This document shows, piece after piece, positions 1 through 8,463 of a DNA stretch of 64,000 nucleotides. The notes beneath the pieces are model-generated. The model was given only the letters and a program-made list of their open reading frames with translations, did not search any database and had not been told where the DNA came from. Source of the stretch: Spirochaetales bacterium (GTDB lineage Bacteria > Spirochaetota > Spirochaetia > Treponematales > UBA12059); the NCBI GenBank assembly GCA_016928955.1, contig JAFGJV010000010.1, forward strand, positions 1 to 64,000, written 5' to 3'. Both the position numbers and the translations under genes were made by a program. Numbering within the stretch: position 1 is the stretch's first letter; each line of letters begins with the position of its first letter.

Positions 1-87
1 CAGCTTCTTGAGCTCATCCTTTTCGAAAACCATGTGTTTCCCCCCAAATTCTCATACTGAGGTTTACACAAAAGATTGTACATTACC
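1..87 (-). mobile_element. Probable left end of an IS256-family insertion sequence (terminal IR plus first 11 codons of a putative transposase running off the window)
   Basis: Minus strand reads GGTAATGTACAATCTTTTGTGTAAA (87->63), resembling IS256-family terminal IRs, then a G-rich SD and ATG at 33 (MVFEKDELKKL...). The transposase body lies outside the window. Confidence 0.55.
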
Positions 88-131
88 AGATCACGGGGTC
101 CTTCAGGCGGCTAAAAGTGCTTTTAGAACAC

Positions 132-1862
132 TCAGTTGCGAGCAACGCGAAAGCCCATCACCTCGGAACCGCCTCCTAGCCAAGACGCAGCTCGGTGATA
201 CCGAGCGCATTCAAGAGCCCCGCTACCAAAAAAACCACCGCGAATAACACGTGCGTTTCCCGAAGCGGGTCCACGGTAATTGATTTCGTGTGTAGTAGGT
301 AATGGCCCGTCCCAATCCCAACACATTTCATAAACATTCCCGCTCATATCATACAGGCCAAGTTCGTTGGCAACCTTGCTGCCAACGGCATGCGTAGTAT
401 GGTCTGCGTTGTAATAGTACCAAGCAACACTATCAATATCATCAGATCCAGAATATTCATATCCGAGGCAGTGTACTCCTCCAAAAAACGCCCACATCCA
501 TTCTGCCTCTGTTGGCAAACGATATCCGTTTGCATTCCAGTTGGCTGTAACACTGTTCCATACATCATCAGCATCCTGAGGTATCTCGCCCCAATCTTCT
601 GGATTAGTACTTCCGTTGATTGAGTATACTGGAGTCAGACCTTCGAGAACACTGAGTTTATTACAAAATACTAAGGTCGCATACCATGAAACACGTTCCA
701 CCGGATTGTTTGGAGTGCTACTATAATAACTAGGATCTTCAACATTCATCACTGCTGCATACTGAGCTCCAGTGATTTCATACTGGCTTATGCGAAAACT
801 GCTTACAGTCATTTCTCCTCTCGTATTGCAATATGTACCACCCTCCACAAGCATCAGATTGCCAATGTTTTCAGACACTATATCTGCAACTGGTGTCGCC
901 AGAGTTGGTGGGAACATCACTGTTATTATTCCCGAATCAGCGTTATTCTGAGCGCACGTGGCTCTCGCAATACAGAAACTGTTAGCCGCAACACCGGTAA
1001 ATGTATAACCATTTTTAGACTCTAAAATGATTGTAGCCGAATACTCAGTTGAAGCTTCAAACGTCCCGATTACTTCCGGGCTCCAAGTGACAGTTCCTGT
1101 GTACTGCGAAGTCTCCGCAATCGTTGTCGCAGGGGTTGCTCCAAGAGCCGGGGCAAATATTCCGGATATCCATGTGATCGTGACCATAGCATCTTCGGTT
1201 ACAGGAAAAACAGCAGTAACCACACCTGAATTTGCACAATTGGTAACACTTGTAGCTCCGGCCACTAAAAAACTGTTTTCATCAATACCTGTAAAGGTAT
1301 ACCCATTTTTAGGCTCTAGGGTAATTATCGCTGAGTACACTATGCCATTAAGAAAGTCCACATCAACATCCGGAGTCCATCGAATAACACCTGTATATTG
1401 ATCTGTTTCATATATTTTTGTGGATGGCGCACCTCCAAGTACGGGAGGTGTAACACCGTGAATTTCTAAAATTGAGACCGTAGAATCTGTAGTCTCCGGG
1501 AATATGGCGGTAACAACGCCTGAATTTGCGCTATTCGTTGTGCTACTAGCACCTTGTACTTTAAAACTGTTTGCTGCAACTCCGTTCAAGGTAAAACCTG
1601 GCTTTGGTTTTAGCGAGATTTGTACTGAGTATACGTTGTATGAAGAGAAAGTACCGCTTACCAAAGGGCTCCAGGCCATCGTTCCGGAGTACTGACTTGA
1701 ATCAAGGATGGTTACTGGAATCGCCCCAGTGATGGGTGCGGGTACACCTGTTATAGATAACAGTGTGACTGTCTGCTCTTGGAATGTGTTTATAGCTAAT
1801 TGGCATGAACTAATACAGATACCCAGAACTAAAATAAACAGTCCAACTGACTTCCTATTCAT
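132..1862 (-). CDS. Lipoprotein with three tandem ~98-aa beta-rich repeats and a C-terminal FGE-sulfatase (SUMF1/C-type lectin fold) domain
   Basis: Signal MNRKSVGLFILVLGICISSC after an AGGTGG SD; motifs YEITGAQY, NPVERVSW, GYRLPTEAEW, NELGLYDMSGNVYEMCWD, RVIRGG, GFRVARN; visibly more AT-rich than the rest of the window. Confidence 0.85.
   Translation of the reverse strand: MNRKSVGLFILVLGICISSCQLAINTFQEQTVTLLSITGVPAPITGAIPVTILDSSQYSGTMAWSPLVSGTFSSYNVYSVQISLKPKPGFTLNGVAANSFKVQGASSTTNSANSGVVTAIFPETTDSTVSILEIHGVTPPVLGGAPSTKIYETDQYTGVIRWTPDVDVDFLNGIVYSAIITLEPKNGYTFTGIDENSFLVAGATSVTNCANSGVVTAVFPVTEDAMVTITWISGIFAPALGATPATTIAETSQYTGTVTWSPEVIGTFEASTEYSATIILESKNGYTFTGVAANSFCIARATCAQNNADSGIITVMFPPTLATPVADIVSENIGNLMLVEGGTYCNTRGEMTVSSFRISQYEITGAQYAAVMNVEDPSYYSSTPNNPVERVSWYATLVFCNKLSVLEGLTPVYSINGSTNPEDWGEIPQDADDVWNSVTANWNANGYRLPTEAEWMWAFFGGVHCLGYEYSGSDDIDSVAWYYYNADHTTHAVGSKVANELGLYDMSGNVYEMCWDWDGPLPTTHEINYRGPASGNARVIRGGFFGSGALECARYHRAASWLGGGSEVMGFRVARN
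905..1770 (-). repeat. Three tandem intragenic ~98-aa repeats (Ig-like stalk)
   Basis: Each unit has I.GV..P..G..P...QY(S/T)G...W(S/T)P...F...YS..I.L..K.G(F/Y)T..G...NSF....A....N.A.SG(V/I)(V/I)T..FP.T; boundaries approximate. Confidence 0.8.
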
Positions 1863-2091
1863 ATTGATCCACCTTTGTTTTACCTGCTCAACCCAGCAAT
1901 GCTGGCGGCTATATGCATACCAAGGCCCAGAAGCTCGGGTGTTGAAGTGTGGTCCAGACAAGCCATACGTTCCAGCAAAAAAACGGGGAGGCGAATTGAA
2001 CCACGACAGTATGGAGGACCAAAAACAGTTACTATTCTATCTCTTATCTGGGTGCCGTCAACCAAAGAGACAAAAAAGTTTCCTTTAAAAG

Positions 2092-2177
2092 CAATTTTAA
2101 AAGTCTGTTACTTCTGAAATTGGCTTTGCGATTGCTCGCGGTTGTTTGCGTATTTCGCAATCGCTACGCAAATCACG
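2092..2177. repeat. Palindromic intergenic repeat, copy 1 (MITE/REP-like)
   Basis: 86 nt, 80/86 identical by manual alignment to 40109-40194. Confidence 0.85.
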
Positions 2178-2291
2178 ACCTTTGTTGCGCCATCACCAAT
2201 TCAGCACCAAAAGACTCGCCTTTTTAAGCCGACTCAGGATGATCAAGGCAAGCCCTTCCCCACCCGGCCCGTGCCGGCCTATCATGGATCC

Positions 2292-3071
2292 ATGGCTTCA
2301 GACGTGCTTGAACGGTTTATGGGTTTGCGCGACCGCGACTACGCCAGGCAGGGCCTCTTGGTATGCGAAGGCCGCCTGGTCCTGGAAAAGGCCCTTGCCG
2401 CCGGCCTTGAGCTGGACAGCGCGCTCTGCGTGCCCGCTGACGAAGCCGGCCTTCGCGACCGTCTGGCTCCCGGCACCCCTTTGGAGGTCCTGCCCCAGGC
2501 CGAGCTCGCGTCCTTGGTTGGCTTCTCCTTCCACCGTGGCGTTTTGGCCCTTGCCAAAAGGCCGCCGTTCAAACCCGCAAACAGCCTACCGGCCGGACAC
2601 ACCCTGGTGCTGTGGAACGTGACGGATCCCGACAACCTTGGCACCCTGATACGCAGCGCCGCGGCCCTGGGCGCCCGTTCTGTATGCCTGGGAGGCGGTT
2701 GCGCCGATCCGTACGGGCGCAAGGCCCTGCGCGCGTCCATGGGCGTTGTGCTGGGCCTGCCGGTCGCGGCACTGGCTTCCCTGGACGAGCTCAAAGGCCT
2801 ACCGGGGCGGGAGCGTCGCCTTGTGGTCGCCGCAGCCCTTACTGAACAAGCGTGTTCTCCCTCACGGGTCATCCGCAGAGCGGGCAGGCGCCCGGTAGCC
2901 TTGGTGGTCGGCAACGAGGGCTGGGGCCTGCCGGACGACGTGGTCGGCGCCTGCGACCTGGCCGTCCGCCTGCCCATGAGCGCGGGCGTGGACTCCCTGA
3001 ACGTGGCGGCCGCCGGGGCCATACTAACTTGGGAACTCTTCTCCAGGCGCGGTAGGTTCGCTACGCGGTAG
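2292..3071 (+). CDS. TrmH/SpoU family RNA methyltransferase
   Basis: SPOUT motifs DPDNLGTLIRSA, GNEGWGL, DSLNVAAAG; start at MASDVLERF. Confidence 0.88.
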   Translation: MASDVLERFMGLRDRDYARQGLLVCEGRLVLEKALAAGLELDSALCVPADEAGLRDRLAPGTPLEVLPQAELASLVGFSFHRGVLALAKRPPFKPANSLPAGHTLVLWNVTDPDNLGTLIRSAAALGARSVCLGGGCADPYGRKALRASMGVVLGLPVAALASLDELKGLPGRERRLVVAAALTEQACSPSRVIRRAGRRPVALVVGNEGWGLPDDVVGACDLAVRLPMSAGVDSLNVAAAGAILTWELFSRRGRFATR

Positions 3072-3085
3072 GCCCGCCGCGCGGT

Positions 3086-3115
3086 TTGACTAAAACCCCG
3101 CCTGGAGAGTACAAT
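3086..3115 (+). promoter_or_regulatory. sigma70-type promoter of carD-ispD-ispF
   Basis: TTGACT-18 nt-TACAAT, 9 nt before the carD ATG. Confidence 0.6.
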
Positions 3116-3124
3116 AGCGCCGGT

Positions 3125-3625
3125 ATGAGCAAAGCCAAAGCCACCACGTATTCCGTCGGCCAGCGCATCGTCTATCCCAGCCAAGGCGTGGGCAAGATCA
3201 GCGCCATCCAGGAGAAGGTGTTCAAAGACACCAAGATCCTCTACTACACCATTTACCTGGAATTCTCCGACATGACCGTCATGGTGCCGGTGGACAAGGC
3301 CGACGAGCTCGGCATCCGCGCCATTGTGGACAAGAAAGAAGCCGAGCGAGCCCTGGCTTTCATATCGGAAGAATACGCCCCCATTCCCTCGGACTGGAAA
3401 CTGCGCTACCAGATGAACCTGGACCTCCTGAAAAAAGGTTCGGTCATGGATATAGCCAGTGTCGTCCGCTCCCTCTACCACCGTTCCAAAATCAAGGAAT
3501 TGCCCATCCTGGAGCGCAAGCTGTACGACTCGGCCCTCAACCTCCTGCAGGACGAGGTATCCTTCTCCTTGGGCAAGTCCAAGGAAACCATAGCCGAGCT
3601 CATCAGGCAGCGGCTGGAAAGCTGA
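3125..3625 (+). CDS. carD: CarD family transcriptional regulator
   Basis: YSVGQRIVYPSQGVGKI RNAP-interaction domain, conserved W (DWKLRY), upstream of ispDF. Confidence 0.9.
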   Translation: MSKAKATTYSVGQRIVYPSQGVGKISAIQEKVFKDTKILYYTIYLEFSDMTVMVPVDKADELGIRAIVDKKEAERALAFISEEYAPIPSDWKLRYQMNLDLLKKGSVMDIASVVRSLYHRSKIKELPILERKLYDSALNLLQDEVSFSLGKSKETIAELIRQRLES

Positions 3626-3630
3626 ACGCA

Positions 3631-4305
3631 ATGCCGTTCCTGGCGGTCGTCGCGGCGGCCGGGAAAAGCAGCCGCTTTGGCGGAATCAAGAAGGAATACA
3701 GACTCCTACACGGCAAGCCCGTGCTTGCCCACTCCCTGTCGCTGTTTCTGGATCATGACGACTGCGTCCTGTGCGTGGCCGTGGTGCCTCCCGGGGGCGT
3801 GCCCGACGCCAGGGCCGCCCTGGGTCACGGTTTTACGGCCAGATACGCCGGTCGCCTCCTGTTCGCCGAGGGCGGAACCGAGCGCGCCGACAGCGTCCTG
3901 GCCGGGCTCCGTGCCCTTGAAGCGGCCGGCGCCGATCCCGAACAGCTGGTCCTGGTGCACGATGGCGCTCGTCCCTTTGCCAGCGCCGCCTTGCTCAGCC
4001 GGGTGCTGGACGGCTGCGCGGAAACGGGCGCCTGCGTGCCGGGCGTGCTCGTAACGGACACCATAAAGCGCGTGGACGCCGCGGGTTTCGTGGTCGAGCA
4101 TCCGCCGCGCGCCTTTCTCCGGGCCGTTCAGACGCCGCAGGGTTTCCGCTTCAGGGAGCTCCTTGACGCGTACCTGCGGCTTGGGCCGGCGCGGACCGAG
4201 GCCACGGACGACGCCGAGCTGTGGTCCAGGGCCGGCCGCTCCGTCATGCTCGCGGAAGGCGAGCGGAGCAACGTCAAGATCACCTTCCCGGAGGACCTTC
4301 CATGA
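3631..4305 (+). CDS. ispD: 2-C-methyl-D-erythritol 4-phosphate cytidylyltransferase
   Basis: AAGKSSRFG, GGTERADSV, VHDGARPF, QTPQGF, TDDA, KITFPEDL. Confidence 0.92.
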   Translation: MPFLAVVAAAGKSSRFGGIKKEYRLLHGKPVLAHSLSLFLDHDDCVLCVAVVPPGGVPDARAALGHGFTARYAGRLLFAEGGTERADSVLAGLRALEAAGADPEQLVLVHDGARPFASAALLSRVLDGCAETGACVPGVLVTDTIKRVDAAGFVVEHPPRAFLRAVQTPQGFRFRELLDAYLRLGPARTEATDDAELWSRAGRSVMLAEGERSNVKITFPEDLP

Positions 4306-4781
4306 CCATACGCGTTGGCCAGGGCTGGGACCTTCACCGCCTTGAGACCGGCCGCCCGCTGGTGCTCGGCGGCGTTACGGTGCCGTCTGACAAGGGCGAG
4401 CTGGGACATTCTGATGGCGACGTCCTCCTGCACGCCATCACCGACGCCGTTCTCGGCGCGGCGGCCCTCGGGGACATAGGCAGGCATTTCCCGCCGTCTG
4501 ACGAACGCTGGAAGGGCGCAGCGTCGCGCGTGTTCCTGGAGACGGCCCTCAGGCTCACTCGCGACTCAGGCTGGGAGCTGGGCAACGTGGACGCAACCGT
4601 GGTGCTGGAACGGCCGCGCCTGGCTCCCTGCATGGACTCCATACGTTCGTCCATAGCGTCCTTATGCGGACTGCCTTTGGACGCCGTGTCGGTAAAGGCC
4701 AAAACCTCTGAGGGCGTGAACGCGGCCGGCCAGAGGCAGGCGGTGGAAGCCCAGGCCGTGGTCCTTATCCACAGGGACTGA
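4302..4781 (+). CDS. ispF: 2-C-methyl-D-erythritol 2,4-cyclodiphosphate synthase
   Basis: RVGQGWDLHRL, HSDGDVLLHAITDA, GDIGRHFP; ATGA overlap with ispD. Confidence 0.95.
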   Translation: MTIRVGQGWDLHRLETGRPLVLGGVTVPSDKGELGHSDGDVLLHAITDAVLGAAALGDIGRHFPPSDERWKGAASRVFLETALRLTRDSGWELGNVDATVVLERPRLAPCMDSIRSSIASLCGLPLDAVSVKAKTSEGVNAAGQRQAVEAQAVVLIHRD

Positions 4782-4812
4782 GTCCGCTACCGCGTCGCCA
4801 CCACGCCGGTGC

Positions 4813-5640
4813 TCAGTAGCGTTTGGACTGGATAACGACCACGCAGGCCAGGATGCCGGCAAAGGCCAGGGCCTGGGCTGGCACCAGGGCCGCGCCAAAG
4901 GCCGCGTATGCTATGACCACCGGATACACAATCTGCATGCCCCACAGCACCGGCCCCGCCTTGGTCATCCGTCCGTGGGCGTAGGCCACCTGCATGAAGG
5001 CTATGAGCGACGCGCTGGACGCCAGGTACATGTACAGGTAGGGCGTGGCCGCGTAGCGCAGTATGTCGTTGCCGTGCGTGGCCTGCATGGCCTTGATCAG
5101 CACGATGATAAAACCTTCAAGCGCCCCGGCCGCCGCGGCAAAGGCCATGGCGTACGCGTCGCCTTGCAGTCCCAGAAAGCGCCGTGCGCCTACAGCCAGG
5201 CCAACCAGCGCGTAGGGAGCGGCAAAGAAGGCGCTGATGAGGGCCAGACTAGGTTCGACGGCCGGTACATAGGGCGGTGCCGACAGGTTGGCCAGGACTA
5301 TGAAGGCGACCATGGCGCCCGAACCGGTGATAACGCGTTTGGACAGGGGCTCCTTGAGAAGCACGGCAGAGAAGGCCGCGCTGAACAGGATATTGAGCCC
5401 CATGGTCGCCCCCACCTCGGCCGAGCTCATGGCCTTGAGCGCGAAAAAATAGAACACGGACAGGAGATTGTTGAGCCCGAAACCCAGAAACCACACCGTG
5501 CGCAGTCGCCGGTACTGGGCATCCTTGGGGCCCGGCCAGCGGAACCAGGCCACGCCTTTTTTCTGGAGCACCATGCCCAGGGATATGACCATACTGCCCA
5601 CAATGGCGGACAGGAAGGCAAGCCAGCGGGGAAACGTCAA
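4813..5640 (-). CDS. DMT superfamily (NIPA/EamA-like) membrane protein
   Basis: About 9 hydrophobic segments, GMVLQKKG and LLKEPLS motifs; TTGA overlap with upstream gene. Confidence 0.7.
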   Translation of the reverse strand: MTFPRWLAFLSAIVGSMVISLGMVLQKKGVAWFRWPGPKDAQYRRLRTVWFLGFGLNNLLSVFYFFALKAMSSAEVGATMGLNILFSAAFSAVLLKEPLSKRVITGSGAMVAFIVLANLSAPPYVPAVEPSLALISAFFAAPYALVGLAVGARRFLGLQGDAYAMAFAAAAGALEGFIIVLIKAMQATHGNDILRYAATPYLYMYLASSASLIAFMQVAYAHGRMTKAGPVLWGMQIVYPVVIAYAAFGAALVPAQALAFAGILACVVVIQSKRY

Positions 5641-7505
5641 CGCCCTGCCTCCGATGCCCTGATATGGGCCTTTCTGATGTCGTCAAAGCGGGAAGCCCAC
5701 AGCGAGTCGGCCCGGTAGAACAGGGGCGGAAAGCCCACGGGCGCTTCTATGGTCACCGGTCCCCCGCGGAATTCCCTTGACGACCACATATGCACCCAGT
5801 GGTCGTCGGGCAATTCCACGTCGGCCAGGTCCTTGCCGGGCCTGACCGGGCCGCCGCAGAACAGGTCGCGGCCGTAGAGCCAGCGCGCCTGCCCGTCAAA
5901 GGCCAGGTTGTCCTTTGGATACTGCATGGCCACGGGCCGTAAGGGGGCAAGCCCGAACGACGCCAGTTCAGCGGCTACCGAGCGGTGGTACGGCGCAAGG
6001 CCCGCCCACAGTTCAGATACCCGCGCCGCGTGCGTACGTAGCCCGGGATGCGACCACCAGGGCCCGTCGCCTCCTATCCTGAGATAGGGGCCGGCCGCCA
6101 GGGTTTCCATGCCGCGCATGAACAGTTCCCGTCCGCGCGCGCTTCCCACGCCCGCGGCGGACAGTTCGGCGTGCCAGGAGCCCCCGCCCACCAGGGCGGC
6201 GTACAGGCCGTGGACCAAGCCCTTGCCCCCGCTCTCCGCCTTCCACGGCGACCATGAGCCCGTGTCCCAGGCGGACGGCCTTGCGGCATACCTGAACACG
6301 GCTGCCCTGCCGGCCAGACCGGAGTCGTCCACAGCCGCCTTGATGGCCGCGGACCACAGCTTTCCGTATTCGTGTATCCGCCCCCAGCACGGGCCAGCCG
6401 CGCCCACGGCGTCCGCAGGCGGAACCGGTGCCTGAAGCTCTATCACCCCCGACGCCCCCGTGCCGGCCAGGGCCGCTGCCAGGGTTTTACCGACCCAGGA
6501 CGCGGCGTCCGGATTCCACAGGTCGGGCAGGACCAGGGCCCGGTCCCGTCCAACCCGATAGCTGCCTCCGTCCCTGTCCTTGAGAAGGAAGCCCCGGGCG
6601 CCCGCTTCCTGGGCAACCGTGGTCCCCGCGCCAAGAAACGCGCCCATGCTCAGGAAACTGTGTATGCCGGCCTCCCGGTAGCGCCCGAGCTCGTCCCGGA
6701 TGGACGGATAGAGACTACGGTCGGGCTCCCAAGAATGCGGGTTGCGCTCGTTCTGGCCGCCCTGCCAGTCGGCAAGCGCCAGGGCTCCCACGCGCACACC
6801 GGAGCCTAGCATGGCATTGACGCGGCGGTAGGCCTCTTCCGCGCCCCCGGCCACGGTAACGCACAGGCCGTCGTACAGCCAGGCGGGCGGCTCGGGCGAT
6901 GCGCCCAGGGACTGCCGCAACGCGCCTGCCGCCCCGCTGAGGTTATGGCAAGCGCCCAAGGTAAGCGTCTTTGGAATGCCCCTGAACCTGACGACGATGT
7001 ACGACCCCGAGCGGCAGTCCATTTCCGCCGGAAGGTCGGCGGTCAGCCATACGCGGCCGCCTATCAGGGCCGACAAAGGCTCCTCGGCCGGGCCGCCTCC
7101 GTCCGGGCGCCAGCGCCAGCCTTTGATATCCAGGTTTTCCCTTCCGGGCACGGAGGCAAACACGGTTTCTCCCGGCGTGCCCGGCAGTCGCAGGTCCAAG
7201 GCTCCCGCCGCCGAATCGTAGCGGGAGAACGAGAGGGCCAGGGCCCCTCCGCGTTCACGGACGGCAAGCCTGCACACACCCTCAAAATGCAGCTCGAGAA
7301 AATCCGGGCGCTGGGTAACCAGCTTCCACGTCCTGGCTTTCTGGACAAACAGCAGTTTCCGCGCGGGTGGCTGGCCGCGGCGGCGGGATGGGCGGTCCGA
7401 GGATACGGACAGCGTGACCAGCGGCCGTCGGTAGGAGTGGGAAAACAGCGTTTTCCCGTCCATATCTATGGTGAACCCATCGTCATGCTGATTGACCCTG
7501 ATCAC
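5637..7505 (-). CDS. Glycoside hydrolase family 31 (YihQ/sulfoquinovosidase-like) homologue with degenerate active site
   Basis: PEPPAWLYDG, ADWQG, DLWNPDAASW, RELFMR, WLYGRDL, LPDDHWVHMWS, APVGFPPLFYR resemble YihQ-type GH31; nucleophile motif not conserved. Confidence 0.75.
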   Translation of the reverse strand: MIRVNQHDDGFTIDMDGKTLFSHSYRRPLVTLSVSSDRPSRRRGQPPARKLLFVQKARTWKLVTQRPDFLELHFEGVCRLAVRERGGALALSFSRYDSAAGALDLRLPGTPGETVFASVPGRENLDIKGWRWRPDGGGPAEEPLSALIGGRVWLTADLPAEMDCRSGSYIVVRFRGIPKTLTLGACHNLSGAAGALRQSLGASPEPPAWLYDGLCVTVAGGAEEAYRRVNAMLGSGVRVGALALADWQGGQNERNPHSWEPDRSLYPSIRDELGRYREAGIHSFLSMGAFLGAGTTVAQEAGARGFLLKDRDGGSYRVGRDRALVLPDLWNPDAASWVGKTLAAALAGTGASGVIELQAPVPPADAVGAAGPCWGRIHEYGKLWSAAIKAAVDDSGLAGRAAVFRYAARPSAWDTGSWSPWKAESGGKGLVHGLYAALVGGGSWHAELSAAGVGSARGRELFMRGMETLAAGPYLRIGGDGPWWSHPGLRTHAARVSELWAGLAPYHRSVAAELASFGLAPLRPVAMQYPKDNLAFDGQARWLYGRDLFCGGPVRPGKDLADVELPDDHWVHMWSSREFRGGPVTIEAPVGFPPLFYRADSLWASRFDDIRKAHIRASEAGR

Positions 7506-7534
7506 GCTCGTCCCCCCGGAAAACCCGCGGCCCC

Positions 7535-7625
7535 ACTATACGATAGGCCGGCCCTGGGCACAAGCTGAGAGCCGCCGTGCCAATCGCCGGTTTCTGTTGT
7601 AAAGCCCGCCCCAATGGTCTAAAAT
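7535..7625. promoter_or_regulatory. Back-to-back sigma70-type promoters
   Basis: Minus: TTGTGC(7563-7558)-17-TATAGT(7540-7535); plus: TTGTAA(7597-7602)-17-TAAAAT(7620-7625). Confidence 0.65.
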
Positions 7626-7640
7626 CGGCACAGTATCATC

Positions 7641-8435
7641 ATGGTAAACGCGGCCATATCTTCGGCGGCCTTTTTGGGCGCCCCGACAAGCTCCATACTC
7701 AAGGAAGCCAGGGCTGCCGGCATCACGGCCGTGGAATGGTCCAGCGACCACGGCGTGGAGGCGGGCGATCTTGACGCGGCCGGCCGGGTCATGCTGGATA
7801 CCCTCAGGGCCGGCCTATGCAACGCGTCGTACGCCACACTGTTCCGCGCTGGCGTACACTCGGTGGATCGCTTCAAAACCCTCCTGGCCACGGCCAGGGC
7901 GCTCCAGGCTCCCTACATCCGCCTGTGGGCGGCTCCCAAAAGCGACGATGTTGACGCGGACGCCGCGTTCTTTGCGGAGACAACCCGGACCCTGGCGGAC
8001 ATCAGCGCCGAATCAGGCGTGACCCTGTGTTTCGGCCTTGCCCAGGGCTCGGCCATGGACTCATACGAACGGGCCGTGGAGCTCATGGGCGCCGCGGACC
8101 ATCCCTTTGTCAAACTGTGCTGGGAACCACTGCCTGGCGTGTCCTTTGACGCGGCCATGGAGTATTTTGGCCAGCTTAAAGGCCGCGTGGGCATACTCTG
8201 CGCGCGCTCGGCCGGCGCCGTTGCCACCAACCGCCTGCTCCGCGACAAGGACGAGGACTGGCTTCTGTACCTGGACGCCTTTGACGAGCAGGGCGGGTCG
8301 CCGGACATGGTGCGCTACGTTGTCATCCGGGCCTTCAAGGACGGGCAGCTGACCAATCTGGCAGACGACGCCCGCCTCCTGCGCACCTGGAGCGTCAAGC
8401 TCAGGCGCTACTACCGGAGACGGCTGTACTTCTGA
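7641..8435 (+). CDS. Xylose isomerase-like TIM-barrel protein (sugar phosphate isomerase/epimerase family), metal ligands apparently lost
   Basis: AGITAVEW, LATARALQAPYIRLWA, DHPFVKLCWEP pattern. Confidence 0.7.
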   Translation: MVNAAISSAAFLGAPTSSILKEARAAGITAVEWSSDHGVEAGDLDAAGRVMLDTLRAGLCNASYATLFRAGVHSVDRFKTLLATARALQAPYIRLWAAPKSDDVDADAAFFAETTRTLADISAESGVTLCFGLAQGSAMDSYERAVELMGAADHPFVKLCWEPLPGVSFDAAMEYFGQLKGRVGILCARSAGAVATNRLLRDKDEDWLLYLDAFDEQGGSPDMVRYVVIRAFKDGQLTNLADDARLLRTWSVKLRRYYRRRLYF

Positions 8436-8463
8436 GCGTCGCCGCACGCGCCTTCCGTGTGGA

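Noticed and set aside
2051..2066. GGTGCCGTCAACCAAA as a possible IS terminal repeat
   Set aside because: No partner inverted copy or transposase found; too short to support.
1..2200. Complete diversity-generating retroelement or integron cassette array
   Set aside because: No reverse transcriptase, template repeat, integrase or convincing attC site seen in the window.
2339..3631. 430-aa minus-strand ORF spanning the TrmH gene and carD
   Set aside because: Overlaps two well-supported plus-strand genes; no motif.
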